From Eledone cirrhosa (Eukaryota): 64,000 bases of DNA. The stretch lies in NCBI GenBank assembly GCA_964016885.1, contig OZ024757.1, forward strand, positions 20,832,001-20,896,000, written 5' to 3'. The notes beneath the pieces were generated by a model. That model was not told the DNA's origin. It was given only the letters and a program-made list of their open reading frames with translations, and did not search any database. How positions within the stretch are numbered: position 1 is the first letter of the stretch; the number at the start of each line of letters is the position of its first letter. Both the position numbers and the translations under genes were made by a program. This document shows positions 54,965 through 64,000 of the stretch, in pieces.

Positions 54965-55247
54965 TGATCAAAAGAACATCTATTTTATTAATATTTATAT
55001 TTTAATATTAATAACTCCAGAAAATTATTTTTTCCGTAGAGTGCTTCCAATCTATTGTAAAACTCATTCTTTGATATAATCATTGAATCTTGTTTAACAC
55101 TTTAATATATATATATAAGTACTAAAGACCTAGCTATTTAAATCAGCCGTATTTGGCCAAAATTCTTTCACCTCTTTCTGTTCAAACCACCCATAACTGG
55201 CTGCTTATATTTATGTTAAAGTATTGTTCTCAAAATAAATATCAGAA

Positions 55248-55590
55248 TGGAGGCACATGGCTTAGTGGTTAGAGCATTGGCCTTGCAATCGAAAGGTTGT
55301 GAGTTCAATTCTCAGACTGGGTGATGTGTTGTTTCCTTGAGCAAGACACTTTATTTCACATTGCTCCAGTTTACTCAGCTGTAAAAATGAGATGATAGGG
55401 ACTAGGGTCCATATCATTCCACTGCAAAGTGGTCGTGGAGGTGCCACGGCAAAAAAGCACCCAACACTCACTGTAAATGAGGTTGGTGTTAGGAAGGGCA
55501 TCCAGCTGTAGAAACCAAGCCAGAATCAGTTCCCGTCCCACCCTTGCAAGCAGGGAAAAGTGGACGTAAAATGATGATGATGATGATGAT
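55248..55590 (+). mobile_element. SINE family A, full length
   Basis: A-box tggcttagtgg, B-box gttcaattc, core, RTE-type tail. Confidence 0.93.
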
Positions 55591-55602
55591 ATATATATAT
55601 AT

Positions 55603-55760
55603 ATAGGAAAAGAGTCAGGAACCTGACAGCTGAGCTCCAGCCGTTTCAACAGCTAGATCCGAACAGTTCGGATCTAGCTGTCGAAATGGCTGGAGCTCAG
55701 CCATAGGGGTCCTGAATCTTTTCCTATTACCCACTCTACTACCCTAAATATCGAGTACTC
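55603..55760. mobile_element. Fold-back remnant with 3' half of a hammerhead
   Basis: Arms about 55603-55664 and 55666-55727; minus strand GAAA-CGGCTG gagct CAGCTG-TC; ACTC..GAGTAC tail. Confidence 0.7.
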
Positions 55761-55823
55761 TGGCGACCAGAGAAGCAGAGTTTCCAAATGTTCCAGGTTG
55801 GAAAATCTGCTTCATAGAATTGA

Positions 55824-55919
55824 GACGTATCTGAAGATCTTGCGATTTTCAGAGTCAGGTTCGATCATCACATCGATCGTGCCTCGAGCTGGTAGCCAGA
55901 GAAACGATTGTAATATGTC
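55824..55919 (+). ncRNA. Type I hammerhead motif with large stem II insert
   Basis: GACGTAT-CTGAAGA-TCT..AGA-GAAA-CGATTG-TA-ATATGTC, AATAAA at 55921. Confidence 0.72.
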
Positions 55920-56042
55920 TAATAAATCTTATTCGTCGCACCACTGATTCTCCGTTTCTTATGTGATATTATACTCTGCTCTGTAAGAGCATTGAGTGCT
56001 CAAACGACATACCGCTTACGGACGCTTTAAGCATCCCACACC

Positions 56043-56082
<40 letters not shown>

Positions 56083-56133
56083 GTGTATGTGTGTGTGTGT
56101 GGAGAGAGAGAGAGAGAGGTAGAATTCTAGCAA

Positions 56134-56661
56134 GGAGAAGAAGAAAAAGAACAAGAAAAAGAACAAGGAAAAGAAGGAAAAAAAGAAGGAAAAAAAGAAG
56201 AAGAAGAAAAAGAAGAAGAAAAAGAAGAAAAAGAAGAAAAAGAAAAAGAAAAAGGAAAAGAAGAAGAAGAAGAAGAAGGAGAAGAAGAAGGAGAAGAAGA
56301 AGAAGAAGAAGAAGAAGAAGAAGAAGAAGAAGAAGAAGGAAAAGAAGAAGAAGGAGGAAAAGAAGAAGAAGGAGGAAAAGAAGAAGAAGGAAAAGAAGAA
56401 GAAGGAAAAGAAGAAGAAGAAGAAGAAGAAGAAGAAGAAGAAGAAGAAGAAGAAGAAGAAGAAATAGGATTATTCTCTAGATCCGATCTTCTCGAAAGAT
56501 TCCATTTTAGATATTAACTTCTTAACTTCCAGTGAAGCAAGATAGAAATTTCTAGAACTGTATGTACATACAAATACATATATATATATATATACACACA
56601 CATATATATATATACATACAAACACACACACATATATATATATATACACACACATATATAC

Positions 56662-56722
<61 letters not shown>

Positions 56723-56832
56723 TATATATATATACACATATAACCATATATACACACACACACACATATAAACATATATATATACACATATATATATATA
56801 TATATACACACACATATATACATATAAACATA

Positions 56833-56866
<34 letters not shown>

Positions 56867-56970
56867 CACATATAACCATATATACACACACACACACATA
56901 TAAACATATAAATATATATATATACACATATATATATATATATACACACACATATATACATATAAACATA

Positions 56971-57004
<34 letters not shown>

Positions 57005-57120
57005 CACATATAACCATATATACACACACACACACATATAAACATATATATATATACATACAAATGCACACATATATATATATACATACAAACGCACACA
57101 CATATATATACATACAAACG

Positions 57121-57166
<46 letters not shown>

Positions 57167-57342
57167 TATATATACATACAAACGCACACATATATATATA
57201 CACACACACACATATATATATATATACATATAAACAATAAACATATATATATATACATACACACACACACACATATATATACATACACACACACATATAT
57301 ATATACATATAAACATATATATATATATATACACACACACAT
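56134..57342. repeat. (GAA)n purine tract then (TA/CA)n microsatellite
   Basis: Direct inspection. Confidence 0.95.
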
Positions 57343-57488
57343 AAAATCAAGAGTCAACAAAACTGATGATGTGATCATCGCTTTAGTAAAATTATTTTCT
57401 GACATTTTTTAACAGACTTCTCAATCTTTCCATTCTATATTCGTTGCTCTTTCCCCCTCCTTTTTAAGGATCACAGCTTCAAGCAGAT

Positions 57489-57556
<68 letters not shown>

Positions 57557-57654
57557 GTGTGCATTTATGTGTGTATATATATATGTCGGTATCTCAACAA
57601 AAAAGCACCCAGCCCACACAGTAAAATGGTTGTGTAGGTGTCACGACAAAAAGG

Positions 57655-58997
57655 AGAGGAGCAATTATAAGGGCATAAAACTGATGGATCAGGTTATGAA
57701 AGTGACAGAAAGACTGCTAACACAACTAATTAGAGAAAGAGTCAAATTAGATGAGATGCAGTTTGGTTTTGTACAACAGATGCAAGCTATGTACAGGGGT
57801 GCTGTCAGTAAAATGAGGAATTTCCAGATACAAGTAGGAGTACATCAGGGTTCGGTCCTCAGCCCGCTCTTGTTCATTATAGTTCTCCAATCCATAACAG
57901 AGAAGTTTAAGACTGGCTGCCAATGCAAACTTCTCTATGCCGATGATCTTGTACTTATAGCAGAATCTGTCGAGGTTCAAGAGGACAGAGAGTGAACCTA
58001 GCTAAGACTAAAGTGTTGATATGTAGGAAAGAGGACAAAACTCTGATTCCATCAGGGAAATGGCCATGTTCGATATGTAGAAAAGGAGTAGGCATAAATG
58101 CTATAGAATGTACACAATGCAGATCTTGGGTACACAAGAGGTGTAGTGGGATAGCAGGCAAACTAACAGGAAGGAAAAATTTCATATGCAGTAGATGCAC
58201 AGGGAAATTTGACAGTAGAAGTGTCAGTGATAGGCACATTTTTCAAATACAGGTAGGATCTATAGAGGTGGTTGATAGCTTCTGATACCTACGTGATCAG
58301 ATTAGCAAGGGAGAAACCCTTCGTTCGCAACATAGTTTCTCACTACCATGCAGCACTGCGCATCTCACACAGGCATCATATAACCGACCTTTCATTTGAA
58401 GGGAGAACCCTTCGTTGTCAACATAGTTTCTAGAATAAGGACAGGGTGGAAGAAGTTTAGGGGGCTCCCTAAACTTCTTCCATCCTGCCCTTATTCTAGA
58501 AACTATGTTGACAACGAAGGGTTTCTCCCTTGCTAACGAAAGGTCGGTTATATGATGCCTGTGTGAGATGCGCAGTGCTGCATGGTAGTGAGACATGGGC
58601 AGCAACTGCGGAGGATATGCGACGGCTGGAGAGAAATGAAGCAAGCATGCTCCGATGGTTGTGCAATGTCAATGTGCGTGAACGACCAAGCATAGATGAG
58701 TTGAGAGGGAAACTGTGTATAAGAGAGATAAGTTGCAGTGTGCTAGAGAGAGAAGACTGCATTGGTATGGCCATGTGATGTGAATGGAGGATGACCGCTG
58801 GGTAAAAAGAAGTGCCAAGAAATCTCAGTGGAAGGAAGATGCAGTAGAGGAAGACCACGTAAAACATGGGCGGAAGTGGTGAGAGTTGACCTCAGATCGC
58901 TGAAATTCATAGGAGATGACGAAGGACCGTGACAAGTGGAGAGATGCTGTGATGAATAGGACCCGTCCCACTCTTGCAAGCAGGGAAAAGCGGACAT

Positions 58998-59030
<33 letters not shown>
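57655..59030 (+). pseudogene. Decayed RTE LINE reverse transcriptase with PHD-type finger and internal inversions
   Basis: NYKGIKLM, QFGF, GVHQGSVLSPLLF, LLYADDLVLI, NLAKTKV, C4HC3 finger, LHGSETW, shared 3' tail; deletions, frameshifts and stops. Confidence 0.93.
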
Positions 59031-59032
<2 letters not shown>

Positions 59033-59258
59033 ATATATATACACACATTTTTTCACTAGACACATGCATTTGTACATACAAACATATGTACATTTGTAGG
59101 TGCATATACACACATTTAAACACATCCCCTTACTATATTTCTTTATTTTATTTTTATATATCTCTCGTATTATTACTTTTATTTATATATATATTTTCTT
59201 TGCCCATTTGACTTTTGCCTTTCTTGAGGAGATTTTTCAAATATTTCACTATGTTTTA

Positions 59259-59336
59259 AATTGCCTTGTCTGACGAACGAATGCGGACGTTTCTTGTATT
59301 CGTCTTATTCGGGAAACCTCTGGTAATGAGGTAATT
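59259..59336 (+). ncRNA. Type I hammerhead ribozyme motif
   Basis: AATTGCCTTGT-CTGACGA-A-CGAAT..ATTCG-G-GAAA-CC tct GG-TA-ATGAGGTAATT; 11-bp stem I. Confidence 0.75.
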
Positions 59337-59432
59337 ATATTGTATTGTTTATTATACATTATATATATACATATATATATACATATATATATATACATAC
59401 ATATATATATACATACATATATATATATACAC

Positions 59433-59475
<43 letters not shown>

Positions 59476-60599
59476 ACTGTGTATAAATGAATAGACCTAC
59501 GTATGTCTGTGTATAACTATGAAGATCTATATATATCTATGGATGATTACTCTATGGAGATTATTGGGGAATTGTGTGTGTGTGTGTGGGTGTTGCCTTT
59601 GTCGGTGTGTGTGCAAGCGTGCATATATATGTGAGAATGAATCTCTGTGCGTGCATAAGTGTGTGCATATATAAGTGAAAGTGAATGTGTGTGTGCATAT
59701 GTATGCAAGTGTGATGTGCCTGAATTTCCGAGTGTGTGTGTGTGTAAGAATGCGAATAAGAAGATGCTGGGTGGGGTTGTCTTCTTACCTTTATTACCAA
59801 CAAAGGAATTTTATATTCCCCCTCCCCAATTTTTTCTATCTAATATTAATCTCACAGGTTTCTGCTTGCTTTCACAAACACCAAAGACGAACATTAAATG
59901 ACATTCAGACTTTTACTAATCTAGTACACACACACACATGCATGCATCCACAATGACACACTCACATACACACATGCATGTATCCACACTCACACATACA
60001 TAGATCTGGCTTTTGCTAATATAATCTACCACACACATGCAATATATGTAGTCATATGCCAGTATAGGATGGAAACCAGTGATAATGTTGATAGATATTA
60101 AATATATATATATCAACAGTTGACTGACGAGATCCCAGATCCCAGTTGCTTCTTGAGTGGGATGGAACTCGTCAAATCAGACCAAGGAGACAATGTTTCT
60201 ATTGGTCTTTCTAATTGCTAATACTTATAGCGAAGAACTCGGTGTGTATGAATGTAACAAGGAGACATCGTTTGTGTGTATAATATTTAATTGACAATCT
60301 AACAGTATAGTTGACATGTCGAGGAAATAGATGAAAGAATGAAGCAAAGTTAGTAGTTACCGTTTTGATTGCCAGGCAAACGCAGGCTGGCAGAAGATGC
60401 CTGGCGAAGGCCAGGTGCCGGAAGGGCAAGTGAGAGGGAGAGAGCCCAAAGCTATTCGTTTTATAGGGCTCTGACCGGAAGTTACAGAAAGGGTTCTACT
60501 TCCCGTCTAGATGTTGTTAATCTATTGGGGTTGTGAGTCACAACAAGGGAGGCTACTGCTACATACTATCTGTTGGTCGCAAATCCAGGCATATATATA

Positions 60600-60790
60600 T
60601 GGTGTGGTAAAAACCTGGGAGCACTCAGTCTAGAGGACAAGGTTGGTATAGAGTTAGTTCCACAACAATTTAGTAAACCATACTCGAGGATGTGTGTTAC
60701 AACTAGTGGATATCTCAGGTTGAAAAATCCACTAAGTGCAACGCACATCCTCAAGTATGGTTTGCTAATTTGTGGAACTAACTTTATATA
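60600..60790. mobile_element. Fold-back remnant at (TA)n, no hammerhead core retained
   Basis: Imperfect arms about 60648-60711 and 60727-60788; ACTC..GAGTGC on minus strand. Confidence 0.6.
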
Positions 60791-60934
60791 TATATATATA
60801 TATATACATATATATAAAAGAAGATAAGGTAGTTTTCACTGTCATGATGTAACAGGATGATGAAACACGTGTTAGCATGTGTAATTAAATAATTATTTTC
60901 TACTCACGCCTTGTTTGTTTTTCCTAACATATTG

Positions 60935-60979
<45 letters not shown>

Positions 60980-61270
60980 AATGTAATTTTAATGTTGGTA
61001 AAGGTATATTATTATAATGTATTATATTATATTACATTGTGTTATATATAATTCCTGCTCTATATAACCACCTTTGTTTAGCTTTAGGTTATTTGCTTTG
61101 GACTATATTTGTAATATGGTTCTTAATGTTATATACATCCTTAGTTATTCTTATTATATATTTTTATTATTTTTATTATATATTTTTGCAAGACTTTAGT
61201 GTATGTACACTCCATATTCTTCGGAGCTTCCGGCTTGTATCTGCCGATATTACTTCTTGTTGTTTTAATT

Positions 61271-61308
61271 GCCCTGATGAGTCCTTAATAGGACGAAACA
61301 TTGTCGGC
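61271..61308 (+). ncRNA. Canonical minimal type I hammerhead motif
   Basis: GCC-CTGATGA-GTCCT taat AGGAC-GAAA-CATTG-TC-GGC. Confidence 0.85.
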
Positions 61309-61356
61309 TACTAAAAACTTTTGATGTATTAAAGGCTTCTTTGTTTTACTCTCTTA

Positions 61357-61392
<36 letters not shown>

Positions 61393-61405
61393 GTGTGTGT
61401 GTATA

Positions 61406-62292
61406 CGAGGAGGCTTCAAAAAGTTATTGGAAAAAGTACATAGCTAACAATCATATGCAGGGATTTTAATCTCAATGCACCTGTACATTCTCGTACTAAC
61501 ATGTCATAACATGTTCTAAAATAAACCCCTTAAATACATGTTGCAATGCAGTGGCGTCAGTCAGAAGTCAACACCCGCTTCAGCAACATGGTCTCCATCA
61601 AAACATCAAATTCATGGTGAAGCTAGGGTGGCAGAGCAGCCAAATCATTGACACGCTGGAGCAAGTTTATGGGGGCCAATCATCATCATCATCATCATTT
61701 CATTTTACGTCCGCTTTTTCCCTGCTTGCAAGGGTGGGACGGGAACTGATTCTGGCTTGATTTCTACAGCTGGATGCCCTTCCTAACACCAACCTCATTT
61801 ACAGTGAGTGCTGGGTGCTTTTTTGCCGTGGCACCTCCACGACCACTTTACAGTGGAATGATAGGGACCCCAGTCCCTATCATCTCATTTCTACAGCTGA
61901 GTAAACTGGAGCAGTGTAAAATAAAGTGTCTTGCTCAAGGAAACAACACATCACCCGGTCAGAGAATTGAACTCACAACCTTTCGATTGCAAGGCCAATG
62001 CTCTAACCACTAAGCCAATGCCCCAAAGAAATCAACAAGCTACAAATGGATAAGTCATTTTAGAAGTGGAAGAGATGAGGTTGAAGATGATCCCCAGTTG
62101 AAGATGTAAAAAAGTTGCTTTGACATGGTTTAAATCATATGGCCTTCAGTTTTACACAGATGTACTTAAGGCTGTATCAACGCTTGCAGAAGTGTATTGA
62201 CCTGGATGGAGCATATGTTGAAAAATAAACATCATAACTTAAACTGCTTTTTCCAACTTTCTTTTTCCCATGAACCTTTTGAACCACCCTTT
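61406..62292 (+). mobile_element. Internally deleted mariner transposon (irritans/Hsmar2-like)
   Basis: TA-flanked TIRs cgaggaggcttcaaaaagttattggaaaaag; N-terminal NIKFMVKLGWQSSQIIDTLEQVYGAN|APKKSTSYKWISHFRSGRDEVEDDP; C-terminal YQRLQKCIDLDGAYVEK*. Confidence 0.9.
61681..62017 (-). mobile_element. SINE family A inserted in the mariner transposase
   Basis: gccaat on both sides; removing the SINE restores the frame. Confidence 0.92.
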
Positions 62293-62775
62293 TATATAAA
62301 CTGAAAATCCCTTCACATAAACCCAAAGTTATCTCCCTGTTATTGTGTTTCCTGAATCAAGTTGGCTAACATCCATGTAATTTAAATGTCAGCCTCTGTA
62401 ATTTGAAAAACAAAGCAAATTCTCACACACACAAACACATACACACACACACACACACACACAAATAAAGGCATAAAAATATGTTTACATTCACACACAC
62501 ACATACACACACTCACCCACATGCATGTGTACCTATACATTTGCATAAATTCACAAATGAAAAATATGCCCACATTCACACATACACATAGATATACATT
62601 AGCATATATAAAACATATACAAAAATAAGCATACATTCATACATGTAAACCCAAATCGATACATATACATACATAAAAAAACATGCTCACATTTACGCAC
62701 ACACACATAATACACCCCACCATGAATAAACCCATACATCACTCTCTCTCTCTTCCTATAGAAATATATATATAT

Positions 62776-62855
<80 letters not shown>

Positions 62856-63177
62856 AATATATATGTATATAATAAATATATATGTATATATATATAATAA
62901 ATATATATGTATATATGTGTATATATATTTACACACACATAAATACATACAAATATACTTGTATTCACAGTCATATGCCCACTACAATGGATACATATGC
63001 ATACACATACATAAAAATTTACACTCACACACATGTAAAAACGTATGTTTACATATACAAACACATCAATATTTAAATGCATACAAATACACATACCCAC
63101 CGCCCCGTAAGATTCACCCTCAAACACAGTTGGCCGTGTGTATGTGTATATGTATGTTTATGAGTGTGTGGAGAAAA

Positions 63178-64000
63178 TATCAGTAATGGAAAGACCAATG
63201 GAAACATTGATTCCTTGATCTGATCTGTTGATCAGCTCCTTTCTTCTGTCAGGAGTTGTGACTGACAGATAGTACCAACAATGGAAAGATCAATGGAAAC
63301 ATTGATTCCTTGATCTGATCTGTTGATCAGCTCCTTTCTTCTGTCAGGAGATGTGACTGACAGATAGTACCAACAATGGAAAGACCAATGGAAACATTGA
63401 TTCCTTGATCTGATCTGTTGATCAGCTCCTTTCTTCTGTCAGGAGTTGTGACTGACAGATAGTACCAACAATGGAAAGATCAATGGAAACATTGATTCCT
63501 TGATCTGATCTGTTGATCAGCTCCTTTCTTCTGTCAGGAGATGTGACTGACAGATAGTACCAACAATGGAAAGATCAATGGAAACATTGATTCCTTGATC
63601 TGATCTGTTGATCAGCTCCTTTCTTCTGTCAGGAGTTGTGACTGACAGATAGTACCAACAATGGAAAGATCAATGGAAACATTGATTCCTTGATCTGATC
63701 TGTTGATCAGCTCCTTTCTTCTGTCAGGAGATGTGACTGACAGATAGTACCAACAATGGAAAGATCAATGGAAACATTGATTCCTTGATCTGATCTGATG
63801 ATCAGCTCCTTTCTTCTGTCAGGAGATGTGACTGACATAGTATCAGTAATGGAAAGACCAATGGAAACATTGTTTCCTTGCTCTGATCTGATGATCAGCT
63901 CTTTTCTTCTGACAAGAGTTGTGACTGACAGATAGTATCAGTAATGGAAAGACCAATGGAAACATTGTTTCCTTGCTCTGATCTGATGATCAGCTCTTTT
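63178..64000. repeat. 95-bp tandem repeat, more than 8 copies, runs off the window
   Basis: Unit starts 63186, 63281, 63376, 63471, 63566, 63661, 63756. Confidence 0.97.

Larger units (their letters stand above)
54522..55100. mobile_element. Fold-back Penelope-like remnant, left arm interrupted by a SINE
   Basis: Arms about 54522-54850 and 54857-54996, 6-nt loop; minus-strand hammerhead 54554-54616. Confidence 0.8.

Noticed and set aside
55248-55325. tRNA genes at SINE 5' ends
   Set aside because: A and B boxes present but no complete cloverleaf; always fused to a SINE body
56073-56480. Arg/Lys-rich protamine-like ORF
   Set aside because: Translation of a (GAA)n microsatellite
60120-60230. 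HDV-like ribozyme or SECIS element in the hairpins here, at 60650-60790 and in the 95-bp repeat
   Set aside because: Could not build the nested double pseudoknot or the UGA/GA quartet; pairing is plain Watson-Crick hairpin

Overview
AT-rich, microsatellite-saturated animal DNA, most likely cephalopod (octopus-like; inferred from the repeat complement, not from a database search). Almost all long ORFs in the track are simple-repeat artefacts. Real coding signal is limited to decayed transposon fragments (three RTE-clade LINE families, a CR1/L2-type 3' end, a Penelope-like endonuclease C-terminus, an internally deleted Hsmar2-like mariner) and one plausible 480-bp Gln/His-rich host exon on the minus strand. 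Two tRNA-derived SINE families, several MITEs and several minisatellites are also present. The main hidden system is about 25 type I hammerhead ribozyme motifs, found and paired by eye, in short elements from many divergent families. These elements mostly abut (TA)n tracts and about a dozen are fold-back inverted repeats, consistent with Penelope-like pseudo-LTR remnants. Across otherwise unalignable families they share non-canonical stem II features and a downstream ACTC...GAGT(A/G)C motif that sits within a few nt of the element/(TA)n junction. All structures are manual predictions; catalytic activity is untested, and most coordinates are accurate only to a few nt (element boundaries less so).
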